A stretch of 63,223 bases of DNA, counting the filler, from Phoronis australis (Eukaryota > Animalia > Phoronida): assembly GCA_002633005.1 (NCBI GenBank). It is 8 parts of 8 records of this genome, joined end to end, with 100 filler letters (N's around TTAATTAATTAA, not from the genome) between each part and the next. Parts side by side here need not be neighbours in the genome. Positions count along the whole stretch, not along the records: positions 1 to 13,618 come from NMRA01001479.1; 7 more parts are not named here. One strand, written 5' to 3'. The notes beneath the pieces are model-generated. The model had not been told where the DNA came from, ran no database searches, and saw only the letters and a program-made list of their open reading frames with translations. The number at the start of each line of letters is the position of its first letter. Positions within the stretch are counted from its first letter, which is position 1. This document shows, one piece after another, positions 1 through 12,947 of this stretch. A program made the translations under genes and the position numbers.

Positions 1-569
1 GAGGGAGAGGGAGAGAGAAAGAGAGAGTATGTGTAGTATTTTCCTATATCCCTGAAATAAAATTTTAATAAATGAAAAGTTTACCTGGTAAAGAACCCAA
101 TCCAGTACTTCGTGTTGCATACAGCGTACAGTAAATTTGCCCGCTTTGGCGGACTGTCCCACTTTTTTAATCTGATTCCGTCATCCCGCCACACCATCTA
201 AATGCTCTGCTTTTTCACAAGGCCAAATTGACACATTATCATAGACTATTCTATATTTTCCACGCGACATAGCCATATTTTCCCGCTAGACTTTTTAAAG
301 AATGGGACGTTTAATGTTTTTGCGGCACATGTAATTCCCCATTCAACCATAAAAAAAACAAAACAAAAACGCTGTCGGGCATTTTTGGGTGTTTCATCTC
401 CCGTTTGACACAAAACGCTGTCGTTACGTCTGAATTGTGTGTTGCAGCAAACATTTCACCCGGCTTACATGTACGTGTGGGTTCACGCCCTGAAGGTTGC
501 TTTGTATCCCGAAGTCCGCTTTTGAATCCAGTTTACGTGTTCCGTTTTTCGTTCTTGAATGTTGATCGA

Positions 570-1330
570 CAACTATGCAAGGTGTGTTCACAATAACACT
601 GTCTTTTTATGGAAATTGTTTCCTCCAGATTCCACTTTCTTTAGTAATATAACAATTGTAAAACTGTGTCTCAGTGTCTCTTGTTCACGGTAACAAACAT
701 TACATGTATCAGGACCGCTAACTTTTACTTTTTGACGAATATACTCTATTTCTAAACTTTTACGGGACGCCCTAAACTGCACCCAATATGATGAGTTATC
801 TCCAGTACATACACCTGTATCAAAGCTACGTGATAAATGTTGGTCCATTTTTTATCCATCAGAAAACCTTTATCTGCAAATTTCGAATAGATAAGGTATT
901 CGGAGTTAGTTGTTTATAGCATTTTTCGTAAATGTCACTGCATCCTGAATTTTTATTGAAGGATGTTATAATTGTATCAAACGTCACCAAAGGTCCAATT
1001 ATTTGCAATATATTTTAACATATTTTAATACATTACAATTAATTCATTTTGGATGAATGGCTGACTCAATTATCCACAGCAAGTGTGAGGGATCCATATT
1101 TTAAAACCTTGGTCTTTGTAGGGTAAAAATCTTTTGAATCATTGAAAATTTTTCTCAAATGGATTAACTAGTTATTTATATAACCTGTCTGATTCATTTT
1201 TATGTTGCTCAGTTACTTGCTGTTATTTTTTGCATTTTGTTAACACTCTTCGTTCTTAGAATTAAAACATATTTTAAAACGAGCCAGGTATGCAAGACGA
1301 TAATTTCTTATGAATTAGATAATTTATCTT
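570..1330 (-). mobile_element. 3' remnant of a Tx1/L1-type LINE
   Basis: Minus-strand CNVCYREQETLRHSF resembles the CxxC..ETxxHLF zinc finger at the end of L1/Tx1 ORF2. Heavily decayed; boundaries approximate. Confidence 0.6.
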
Positions 1331-1749
1331 TTACCTCTGGTATAATCATCAAGGTCTTTCTAATGATATGACTCTTATGTAATTCACTTGAAAAATGACG
1401 CAGTTTCGTCAAGTTTTGATGACTGTAAATTCCAAAACAATTACAAACACCGGAACAAACGAATGCAAATAACTCTCACCCATGCGCAGCGCAACTTCAG
1501 AGGCGGCGAGATCGGAGATGGCATTCCAAGCATAGAGTTCTATGGCTTAAGTCATCACTTAGGTATAAATGTTGAACAAGTGAAGTTCCGTGCCGGCACC
1601 GGCGCACAAGTTCATCCCTTATAAGATACTAGAACTACGAAAAAAGTAAATTGAAAGCGCAAGGACTTTAAAAAAATGTTATTTTTTGCCCACTGAAAAG
1701 AAGCCCGACTTCATCACGCTCTCTTCATTAGGCCCACAGTACACAGAAA

Positions 1750-1982
1750 GTTATGCGCGTCATGTTTTTCGTCTTGGTTATGTCTATCAGGGTGTCTTTC
1801 TCAGAATGGTTGAAGACTGGAAGAAAACCTTTGGCCGTGACCAGTTTGGTGGCATCATGCTGACATACCTACGTGTACCCAAGGTTTTCGATGCTAAGCC
1901 TCACGCAACTGCCTTGGATCTAGGATATCACAAGGGGGCCCAACATTTTGTCTGTAAACATTTGCACAAAGCACGATTGTAG
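1750..1982 (+). mobile_element. CR1/L2-type LINE reverse-transcriptase remnant
   Basis: FRLGYVYQGVFLRMVEDWKKTF..FGGIMLT..KVFDAKPH resembles the RT segment FRKGYSCQ.VL..L...WK.ALD....GAV..DLSKAFD..PH. Confidence 0.65.
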
Positions 1983-2034
1983 ATGGGCATAGCACCGAAT
2001 GGCGGAAAGGCCGGAAAATTGTTCTGTTTTTTCC

Positions 2035-2844
2035 TCTAAATTCAAGCATTTTCCTTGATTCCTGAAGTATTATCCAAGAACAAAGGCAAAAAAAAACTCG
2101 TGTCAAACTTGAAAAACTGCAGTCACCACAGACTCGATCTCACGACCTGGCGGATAGAGTGCGCGTGCTTTACTGCTGTACCACCACGCTTTCACTCGTA
2201 ATTTGTTTCTAAGAGACTTACTTGTTTATGGTCCACAGCGTTTGCTTGCGACACCTTCTTTTTGTAATGCTTATAACACTTTTTATATTTTGTGCAATCA
2301 ATTTGTTGTATTTAAAATAGTCTTCAATTGTCCAAAAGACCAAATCCGGTTTTTTGTGTTGGCATTAATGACGCAATTGCTTTGGAAATCGTCTTAAGTT
2401 AAGGGTTGACAAAGAGAGAATTATGAGTTTCTGAGTGATTCACTAAGGCTTCGATTAAAATTCACATCTTACCAGCAGCTTCTGTATTTTTTATCGTTAC
2501 TCAGATTCCATTTTCTTTAAAAAATGAACTATTTTTTTCATTGCACAGTGAAGCAGACGACGGAAACGGAGTCGTATTACGCAGCGCCACTGCGGTCGCC
2601 TGAGATATCAAGGGAGAGCCTATACATGTACTTGGTCATAGGTTGGTTACGATTGAGCCGTGTTACGAATTTGACACTTGAAATCGGATCTGACTCCCCC
2701 CCCCACACACACTCACTAAACTGCACACATTTAAATCTTGATTCCGACGTATAATGTTAATTACCGGGGTTAATTAATAAACGCTCTTGCTGTTTTTTGC
2801 GGCACCCAAGGAAGGGGGGGACTGCCCCCCTAAGTCCACCTATG
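2035..2844 (-). repeat. Left arm of an ~800-bp inverted repeat pair; contains a tRNA-like module
   Basis: Diverged reverse complement of 4101-4945 along its whole length (for example TCAAGCATTTTCCTTGATTCC vs GGAATCAAGGAAAATGCTTGA). Confidence 0.9.
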
Positions 2845-3625
2845 TGCAATTACTTGTTGTCAGACTGAGAACATGTATCCTCGATCCTCAAAGCAGAATG
2901 TGGAACTCTCATCCGATGTTTCTAGTTCTTCGCTGGCCGTGGATAAAGGTCTACCCCAGGCGCTTGTGCTCGGTCTCATCTTGTTCAACGTTTTTATCGC
3001 TTTTGATTTTTTGCTACCCAACTCCTTATATTACTGTTGNAGCCAAGGAAGGGGGGGGGGACTGCCCCCCTAAGTCCGCCTATGTACAATTACTTGTTGT
3101 CAGACTGAGAACATGTATCCTCGATCCTCAAAGCAGAATGTGGAACTCTCATCCGATGTTTCTAGTTCTTCGCTGGCCGTGGATAAAGGTCTACCCCAGG
3201 CGCTTGTGCTCGGTCTCATCTTGTTCAAGGTTTTTATCGCTTTTGATTTTTTGCTACCCAACTCCTTATATTACTGTTGAGGCCTGTGTGAGCCGTATGT
3301 GGCTCTTTATCATTCTAGTATCTTGAAAGTAACCAACTATGACTTCCACAAGTACATTTATGGTTTAATTTAAAAAAGAATCTCATATTGCCTAGCTGGT
3401 TGCAATTACGTTTTTTTTTCTTACAAATTGTGTATTTTCACAGAGATCGCCGTATTTTCCAAAACATAGATTTTTGACCCGGAACTTAGAAATTATTGTT
3501 TGTTCTATAAGTTACAGAAGCGAGTCTGAGACTTTCTTAAAAGATACAATTTCTCCTACTTTCAACAATTTAGAATACAAGGTGAATTTCTTTACTAGTC
3601 GAAATATATCACAAAAAGTGAGCGG

Positions 3626-3670
3626 GTTTTCCGTGGAAACCACAATAAACATGGCGGCAGTTGAGTGAGT
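3626..3670 (+). promoter_or_regulatory. Candidate promoter/first micro-exon: X-box-like motif, AACATGGCGGC start (MAAV), GTGAGT donor
   Basis: GTTTTCCGTGGAAAC at 3626-3640, ATG at 3651 in a YY1/Kozak-like context, donor at 3665-3670. Motif evidence only. Confidence 0.35.
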
Positions 3671-4100
3671 TCCTGCAGTGCATGAGGCTCCTGTCACTGA
3701 CATAGGTGGCCATTTTAGAAGGTGGTGCACCACCAAAAATAAGAAATAAACTAAAAAACATATTAAATTTAGTTAAGTTTGAAAGTTTTTGAAGTTTTAT
3801 TGGATGAGCATTAATTGGACTAAGTTTCAATTGAACTATCCTGCCTTAAAAATCTGTTTTATGAACTTTTTAACTAAAACAAAGGTGAAAGAATATCCTT
3901 ACTACCGAGAGCTTGGCATTCAAAAGTCAAATACTCCCTTATATTTCAAAGAATGTTGATGACATTATTTTTGACTTCGGACTCCTCAGGCAAAAGTTTT
4001 AAAATAAAATCCCAGATATGTTATAGCCAGTAAACTAAAGAAACAGAATTTTGCAAGTTTCGAGCGAAAAATCACGTCTTTTGTAAATATTTCATTTACC

Positions 4101-4945
4101 ACATAGGCGGATTTAAGGGGGGGGGGGCAGGGGCCAGCCCCCCCCCTTGGCTGCCGCAAAAAATAAAACAGCAAGAGCGTAGGGAAATGTTGAGTTTATT
4201 AATTAACCCCGGTAATTAAAATTAAACTGTTGAAACAAGATTTAAATGTATGCAGTTTTAGTGTTTGGGGGAGGGGGCTCAGATCCAATTTTAAGTGTAA
4301 AATTCGAAACACGGCGCAATCGTAACTGAACTATGGTTAAGTGTAGGCTCTCCCGCGATATCCCAGGCGACCGGCAGTGGCGCTAGGCACTACGACTCCG
4401 TTTCCGTCGTCTGCTCTAATGTGCAATGAAGAAAATTACTTAATTTTTTAAAGAAAATGGAATCTGAGTGATGATGAAAAAACAAAAGCTGCTGGTAAGA
4501 TGTCAATTTTAATCGGAGCCTTAGTGAATCACGCAGAAACTCATAATTCTCTCTTTGTCAAACCTTAACTTAAGACGATTTCAAAAGCAATCGCGTCATT
4601 TTTGCAAACACAAAAACGGATTTGGTCTTTTGGGAAATTGAACACTATTTTAAATACAACAAATTTGTTACGAACTGATTGCACAAAATATAAAACATAT
4701 AATAAACATTTCCAAAAAGAAGGAGGTTTCGCGCGCAATCGCTGTGGACCATAAACAAGTAGGTCTCTTAGTAACAAATTAGGAGCTAAATCGTGGTAGT
4801 GCAGTGGTAAAGCACGCGCTCTTTAATCGCCAGGTCTCGTGCTCGAGTCTGCGGTACTTGCAGTTTTTCCTGTTGGACATTTTTTTCATTTTTTGCATTT
4901 TTTCTTGGATAATAAATCGGGAATCAAGGAAAATGCTTGATTTTT
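4101..4945 (+). repeat. Right arm of the inverted repeat pair, beginning CATAGGCGGATTTAAG(G)n
   Basis: Inverted copy of 2035-2844. The same GGCGGATTTA(A)GGGG head occurs at 55866-55900 (-) and 63194-63223 (+). A-box-like TAGTGCAGTGG and B-box-like GCTCGAGTC lie at about 4797-4850. Confidence 0.9.
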
Positions 4946-6270
4946 AAATCCGAGAATTAAAAACAGGTAGTGACATCATTTTGGCATCGATGTGTGACTT
5001 GTAGACTATGTCTAGGCACGACTTTAAGTTGTCTGCCCGAGTGCGGCAACCGTCTACCTCAAGTGTGGGGCCATCTTGGACTCGGTTCAAGTATTAATTT
5101 AGTCTAATTTCCTGGGAGCAACCGATTGATCGTCAGAATCGACATTTACTCATCTTCGGAGGACGGCAAAGGTTTACTTTTCGAGCTGGTCTGGCAGTCG
5201 TTGATCAGTCAGCTTGGGTATACTAAGCCTATTGTGTTTTGCCGGGATTTTCTATTTGCATATTTTCATTTTTTTGCGAGTTGCGTATGATGTTTCCACT
5301 TGATAGGGTATAATTTGTTGGTACCTTCAAAGGAGTTGGCGTGACAATTTTACTTGATGCTGTTTCCAAGAATTTGTATTTGAGGAAGACTAGTCCCCCT
5401 GAGGCGGTTAAAGCTAGTTTTCCTGGATTAATAGCCTTTCATGTTGTAAACATAAGATATTGCATACTTGTACACTGCGTGTTATCAATAAACATTTCAA
5501 GAGTGTATACTTTGAATTATGTTTACCTTTCCTCTCTCTCCCCATGGCGCCATCAGTGCGCAAAGAGATGGAAACTTGCTTGTGTAGGAATTAGGACATG
5601 GGTTTGGAAGGTTATTGTGTTCGATAAAGCGCCATTTTTGATTTTGCGGCGAAGTATACATAAGGTGAGCCCGTCTTGGTAATACGTAGGGGAAATTATC
5701 TGTTTACTCAACCTATCACAAGTCAGAAGCTTTTGGTACAAGATTTTTTGGTGTTGGATTATAATTTAACTCCCGACCTGTAGTTCCAAAAGCTGTTTGA
5801 GTTTTTAGATTATTCACGATTGTCCTCTTTTTGTCAAACGATGCCTGAGACTATAAGGCTTGTGTAAACTGTCATATTCGTGCATACACTCGCATAACTC
5901 TGTGAGCACTTTTTTCATTTTTCCCATTTGTGACCCACACGGTGGGCGCATGTCGACGGCCTGTGTTAATCTTTTCTCTGTGTTTCGAAGTGTCCAGGGG
6001 GGAGAGTTCAGTAGCTGCCTCGCGACTAGAAAAATACAGCCAAAATCACGTGTTCTCATTTAAAATACACGACAATATCTCACATAATTTCGCGAAGTTT
6101 TGCTTTTCAGCGAGGCCCTAACGTTTCTGAACTCTACCTTGCTTTGAATGCTCACTTCGTACCTACTGTAACTATTCAAGGAAGAGGCCGCATGCTGTTG
6201 TTGCTCAGTTGAGTGCAGCGGCTTGAGTTTTATGATTAGCGCTAGCGCTATGACAATCTTGTTAATCAAA

Positions 6271-6284
6271 GTTTCTATGGAAAC
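6271..6284. promoter_or_regulatory. RFX X-box-like palindrome GTTTCTATGGAAAC
   Basis: Fits the X-box consensus GTYNCY-AT-RGNAAC; lies in a CpG-retaining region with nearby donors at 6312 and 6561. Confidence 0.4.
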
Positions 6285-7199
6285 GAGGGTTGTGAAATAG
6301 TTCAAACAAAGGTAACTCAGGCGAGTTCATTGTGCATTCACTGATATTGCTTGGCGCCGTTGTCAAGTAACGCTCACCAACAAGCACGCTGGTCACTGTT
6401 TGCAGATGTGGATCTAAGCATTGGGTACGGGCTTAAGCGCAGTGGTTGAACGGTGTACAATCCTTGAACAATACTTGGAACAGTTTACGGACTACTTATC
6501 GACTTTATTCTGATTATAGTTCGAATAGACTTGGGTTGACTTGTTGTAGTTTTGACACAGGTAATGCATTTATATTTATCTCACAGGCGTTTTGTTATGT
6601 TTTGCATCCTTGTCACTGAAAATTCCTTTCACTGAAGAGTTTCATTGATTATATCACGAATAATCATCAATACCGTAGGTTCATAACGCTAAACCCTCGT
6701 GAGAGACCGCCCCGAGTTGGCTGCTGGAGCAACTCAGGGCGGTCTGGGATCAAGCGGAAAAACCACAGGGTAAATCTGTGGTCGACGAATCTATTCGGTC
6801 GATTACATTTTATTGCCCGTGAAGCCGCTAAGGGCTGCCTGAAGAAATTTGACTCGCGCGTTTGTATTTTCGCCTTTTTCAATGACATGTAAAAGATTCA
6901 TCATCAAACTCCTCGTAAAATTCTGAAAACAAGCGTTTTTCTCCCACGAAAATCGATGAAGTTTTGGCCGAGATATTTCACTTTCAGTCCAGGCTAGCCC
7001 TGCACACTCAGAGAATCGTCACACAAGATTACTACGCGGTAATGCGGTTTCACTGTCAACAAAGGAAGACGTCAAAATTGACTTATAATTGTCATTTTTA
7101 AACTATTTGCATGTTAAATTATCAAAATGTAAGTAAAATCGTACTCTATATTTTAACAAGAAAACAGCAATTTCATTTTGGTGAACATGTCTATAAGGA

Positions 7200-7510
7200 C
7201 CTAACTCGCGCATGGTGGTGAGTAGTGAGTCCGGCCAACACGTGAGGATGGCTGTGTTGTTGTTTTTGCTCTCAACTCAAAAGTAGCCGTTTCAAAATGG
7301 AAGATGGACAGAAAATGCAGGCAGTTGACGAAAACGGCCATTGGAAGGAAGCAATTGAGCGGGGAGTAAATGACAGCGCTGGGAATTCACGTCGGTTTTC
7401 CTGGATGGCCGTCTGAGTTTGACCAGCTCGTCGAGCCGTGATTCGTGAGAGGCTGAGCCGATCGACTACGTCGGGCTCGGTACCTGGACCTGGTGAAGAA
7501 AAACGTAAGT
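7200..7510 (+). promoter_or_regulatory. Candidate 5' UTR first exon with short ORFs, ending in a consensus GTAAGT donor at 7505
   Basis: CpG-rich, ends AAC|GTAAGT, and is followed by a long CpG-poor intron-like tract (about 7950-10300). Confidence 0.35.
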
Positions 7511-10500
7511 ATTTTTTTGTCATCCCTTATGCTCGCATGATGCTGTTGGCTGTATAGATAAAGTATACCGTGTTTGCGTGGGATTTTGTGTTCATGAAAT
7601 TACAGACTATGTACATCTACCACATTTAAAGTCAGAGAAACATTGTTACTTAGTGAAAGATAAACGTCTGAGCGAATATACCATGGTGCCTTCAATGTTG
7701 TGTTTGTTCTTTGTGAAGTAGATTTACTGTAACAAGTCCGATGTTGTCGGATTGAATTGGTATTCCGAGATTTTCAATGCCAGTGGCAGATCCAGAATTT
7801 TTGGAATGGTTTTCGCAAATGAAATAATGTCAAGCCATTGTTTTAAATTTATTAATAAGAGGTGGAGACAGCAATCATCAGCCTTGTCTTTGTCACCTTG
7901 TTCTCATTTCTTTACATTTGTTTATGTTTCATTTCCTTGTTTTCTGTACATCCCCCCAACCCCCTTGCTATAGTGCACTCTCTGTTGACTGAATTTGATG
8001 ACATAATATATTGATAAGCCATTGTATTCTGCAAACCAGTGTACTAGCCTAACCCTTAGTCCTACACACCTGGCCCTATTGTTCACTCTTGACTTTTGCT
8101 TACAAAATAATCCAGTCCAGACTACACCCTGATTGCTTAGTTTAATATTTACCAGTGAGTAAATTGTATTTCACTTGTTGAACCTTTTCTTCATGCAGCT
8201 CTTGCTTGACAGTGCACATGTACTTTTATCTCCTCTTTTTCGAACCACTCATTAAAGCGTTTTATGGAGTTCGGTTTCTTTTCATGAATATTTTCATCGT
8301 TGGTTTCTAATTCGTTCAACTGCTTCCCAAAACATCCATTTCTTCATAATTTTAAAACTCCTGAGTCCTGAGCATTGAGCAACACTCAACAATCCCTCTC
8401 AAAAATGTTGCCCTTCCAAACAGTGATGTGACCTTCTGACTACATGAGTGTAAGTTGTGGTACACTAATGCACGTGCACAAGGTCATCATCACCAGAAGT
8501 TTTAAAATCACACCACCAAAACTGTGACTGTTTACATTTCAGAGAGCTCGCCATGACAATTTCAAGAAGGTATACCGCTTGACAGTTGCATTTATGTACA
8601 CGTTGAAGTTTGGAGAGTACAGACTTGATCAGGGCTTGGGATTTCCGTCTTTGAAGAGGAATTCTTTTTTGGTGTCGATTTTCTCTGATTGGATTTCCAG
8701 TTTCCTCTTTTTATGATTTTTTCGACTTTATTAAATGTTTAGTTCAGGTAAATTTTACATCCAAAAATGTCTATCACCCAAGCCTATTTTTTGTGTATCA
8801 TACATCAGCTGGAAATTTCTCCGCTGTTTTTGTCATTGCTCATTCCAAGCTCTGCTTATTTTTCGTGAAGTAACTAGAATGGATTTCATAACATACCAGT
8901 TTATTGTACTGAATTCTTCTTGGGTTTATCAACTGTAAACTAACACTAATAGGAGCATAGGATAATAGCCACCTGTCTTAAGTTCCCACAAAAGTAAAGT
9001 ACAAAATTCCAAACGTAATTTCGAGTTCCGATTCCTGTAAAAAGATCAATGACAGGGCTCAGGTACCAATTCCGGTATTTTTGTCACTTAAGTGTTGTAC
9101 TGTGTTTGGAAATTTGTTTGAAAAGCTGTTTTTTTCTGCTCAACAGCTTATGACCTTACTGGATTTAAGGGCCCCACCAGAGGATTTATTAGTGTGCCCT
9201 CCACTCATTTCCAATGTTCTATGTATATCAAATGCTTTGAGATGCCAGCAGGGTAGTATTCTGCATGCAGCTTTGTTGACCATTGTGGTCAGTGAGAATG
9301 TCCTACTCACATGTGTATGAATGCATAGTATGTGCACCTCATTCATGTACCACACCAGTATTGCCTGTGTGGTTATGGAAATGTGTAAGCTGCTTGTGTT
9401 GTATGGGCATTGTTGAGCTTGAAATGCTAGTTTTACTCCTATAAAACTAGGGATGTATTTATTGCGACATGTCTCCGTTATTGTTGTTACTAGTTTATTG
9501 CTTAACCAGTGTATCTATTTTGAATATTCTTCAAGCCTTGGATGACTGATCTTTTCAGTTTAGGATAGTTATTGTTTGCATCCCAAGAAATGAATTACAT
9601 ACTGTCTTTTTTAGTATTTTTATTCAGTGACTCCTGGTGTGGTTTTGAAAATGGTTGTTTTTTAGGCTGAAATGCAGATTTTTTACCAAGTTCTGCAATG
9701 ACCCTGTCATTTCCACATGGTTATCTTGAAAAGCAAATTCTTGTATACATATTATTGTCATCTTGTGAGGTGTGCAATTTATTGCGGTTTTCAGTGACTG
9801 GTTCCACCAGGGATAGCAGTATTGTGCACCTACCGGTACTTTGCTCAAACCCATGTTTCATATTATTATATTGATAACTTTTCCTCGTGAAGGTAGTGAT
9901 CTCAGCAGTTATATCACTTATGGTGTTTTGTCAAGTAGTAGAACCTTGTACTGCTATGACACAAATTTTGAAGGTTTCTATGTTGTAGTTAAGTCCCACT
10001 TTAAATATTTTGCTCACCATGTGAGTTATTGTTTACATGGAGGGATTCATACTTATGGATGATCTCATCAGGGATTGCATGTAACACTATTTGGGTGTGT
10101 ATATTTGTTACATGTTCATTGTATAAAGTGTATTGTTTATATTGCAGAGTTTATAATTGTTAGTTAAAAAGATTTCGGTAGGTTATCTCAACAGTGCTTA
10201 GTGCATGTTTTGCTCATCCTGTGAAATGTAATATTTATACTGAAGAGTTTATCATCGCTAGTGCCTGTGTCCCTTATTGCTTTTCCCATAGTATGAACAA
10301 CTAGTCATGTTAACGTTTGAAATTCTCATGTACAATATATATTACACTATTCCGAAATCTTACACTTATTTTCATTGCCCAAGCACTAATCTGAAGAGTG
10401 GCCTACTAGTTATGTGGAATGCGCACAATGCATTGTTAAAGCGAGGTGATCGTATGCCGCTGGGTTTTTGTTTTCTTACTCTTTGTGAACGCAGTGCCTG

Positions 10501-11675
10501 TAATTCGCATTTATTCCTAAGTTTATGCAATCATTTTAAATTACAAAACATGAAACCCTGGGAACCGGTGGGGCAGTTAAATTTTGACATCGACAATATA
10601 TACGTGTCATTTGAAGTAGTAGCCCGTTGTAGGGTGCCACGACCAAAAATATGGGTACACATCACATGTTTAACCACAAACAACAAGTGAAAGAGTTACT
10701 TTTTCAGGTAAGCGACGCGTTGCGCGCTTTGGTTGTTTTTGTCCGTTTTAGGTGGCAAGTGGCGCTTTTTTCTTTGACGATTTCGCTGAGGTACGTTTCA
10801 GAAAATCGTACTGTAGGCCTAAGTCATTTTTTCTGTGCCGGTTAATTTAGGTACACAGCAACTGAAAAATGGATAAATCACGTCATTTTAAATCTCCATA
10901 TCGCTCCGTTATGGCCACTTCGATGGATTTTGTCTCTTTCAAACACTCCACCATGCTCTATTTTTTGAAGTTCGTTAACGAAAACGCGTACCAGAATGTA
11001 AGGTTCGTGCCCTCCCCCTCGAGTTTTAGTTGCCAATTTTGACATGAAGATGATGGTGATATTTATGCGTTCCTTGACGAGAATTCCAGCAAGTCAAGTT
11101 TTGTCTAATTCATCTTTTCATTCATTTTTATACCGTGTATGGTCGCTGGCAAAATAAGATACCGTCAAGATTTTAGTCTAGATGTTTCCTAACTCGGTTT
11201 TTGGCCATAATACTAGTAATAGGAATCTGATTATGAGCGCGCAAGAGAAGACGGAACATATTTGCGACGTTTCGTATACTCAAAGTTAATGAGCCTAAAC
11301 GTCAGAAAATATTTGTTTTCTCTTTCTTGCTTATAATGATTTTCAAGAGTTTCTGTTATGCAATTTCGGCAAGGTCGTCGCTTTCTCGCCAAACTACCGA
11401 TTGGATGATCAATTACGCACTTATTTGCTCTCCGTTTTAACGTTGATCATCGTCAATACACCTCCAAAAATTGCACATCGTCTTTGCGCAAACTACATTG
11501 AGATTTAAATCTCCCGAAAAAAGTTGACGATCGGATAGTGTTTAAAAGTCTAATTCTAAATTTCTCCAGTTAGTGCACAAATGAAGTAAAAGAAAGTAGT
11601 TCTGCTTGTCGCGTCAGCTGTTCGTATCATTATCTCGATTTATGACCCACAACGCGTGACTGGACAAAGCCTTTT

Positions 11676-11741
11676 CAAATTAGCCGGTGGAGCGTGAGAC
11701 CCCTGAGGTCCCAATCGAGTCCTCACGACAACTCCGCGTTA
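11676..11741 (+). repeat. Dispersed repeat segment, near-identical to 21103-21168
   Basis: AGCCGGTGGAGCGTGAGACCCCTGAGGTCCCAATCGAGTCCTCACGACAAC is present on both scaffolds. Confidence 0.85.
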
Positions 11742-12947
11742 ACTAAGTTAGTTCTTGTTTCTTCTCCAATTCCAATAGAGGGTGATGGCTGTTGAAGTAA
11801 TCCATCACCAATTGTACAATTTCCATAGGTAACACAGGCGAGTTTGTGCATAGACAGATTGTACAGCTTCATAAGATCTATCGTTTGCGACTTGAACTTT
11901 GGTAAATTTGAAAAGGTTAACCAAGGTAGTTTTTCCTACGTAGACCCCTAGCTTGTTCTTTATTTTATTTCAGTACTGTGAAGATATGTGACCAGACATG
12001 GGCAGTGCTGTATCCGTAAGTCACGTGACACAGGGTATGTCATCGGTGTCCACCATCACCAGTGTGAAGAACAAACCTTCTGCCAAGCTCATTCCAATGA
12101 GTATGTTATCTCAGTGTGTAACGTTCCCGCAACCTCTTTTGCAGGGTGGCAAACAATGCGCGATTTTTCATTGAAATGAAGTGTCCGAGATAAATAAGCA
12201 ATCCGCCATCCGAAAGCTGCTCGGGTCTCGGCGGTTTCGCAACTAAAAGATCTTTCCCCGATGGAACGTCAGGTGTCTGAATGTATGTTTCTGTATCCAA
12301 GTCTGTTTCCAGTTCCTAACCAAAACAGAAAAAGTCATTTAAAGAAAGATGTCGGCAGAACATGTAAAAATGTCGACATTTTCCACGCACATGCCTTACT
12401 CTCGACAACAACTTGTCGAGTATTTACAGGCGTAAGTTGATGTCGTGATTTGTGAAAAGATGCCATCAGTTATCCTAAAGACCTAGTTTGTACTTGAATA
12501 CCATTGAGTGATTTAGAAACGAGACCGATCCTTGATACCTTAATCTGGCGGAAACGGAAACAGACGTCGAAGTTGCCATTTTGGAGGTGGTCGTTTTCAT
12601 AGACAAATTTCTTGAATTTTGGGTTGCTAATTCTTGTGCATCAATGTGAACAGAACAGAGAATGGTCATTTTATAATCCATGTATGTTTTTGAACTATTG
12701 TGAAGGTCGCACATTACACATTTCGTCAAATTTCTTTGACAACCAACGCTTGCAAAAACTGCAAGCAAAAGCCGTCACTTGTGAATAGCCGGGGTTTGGG
12801 ACTAACAGTCGTGTTTTAGCTTCTTTGCATACAGCGCCTTACGTAAAGCAAACCTTTCATAAGTCATGTGGCCGATTAAATGGTTTACGTAGCGTGCGCG
12901 CCAGACACTTTCGACTACTGGTCACTGCCCAATCTTGGTTGTACTCA

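Noticed and set aside
2805-3279. ~240-bp tandem duplication and the 179-aa ORF across it
   Set aside because: Copies are separated by a single N (3040), typical of unmerged contig overlaps or haplotypes; likely assembly artefact.
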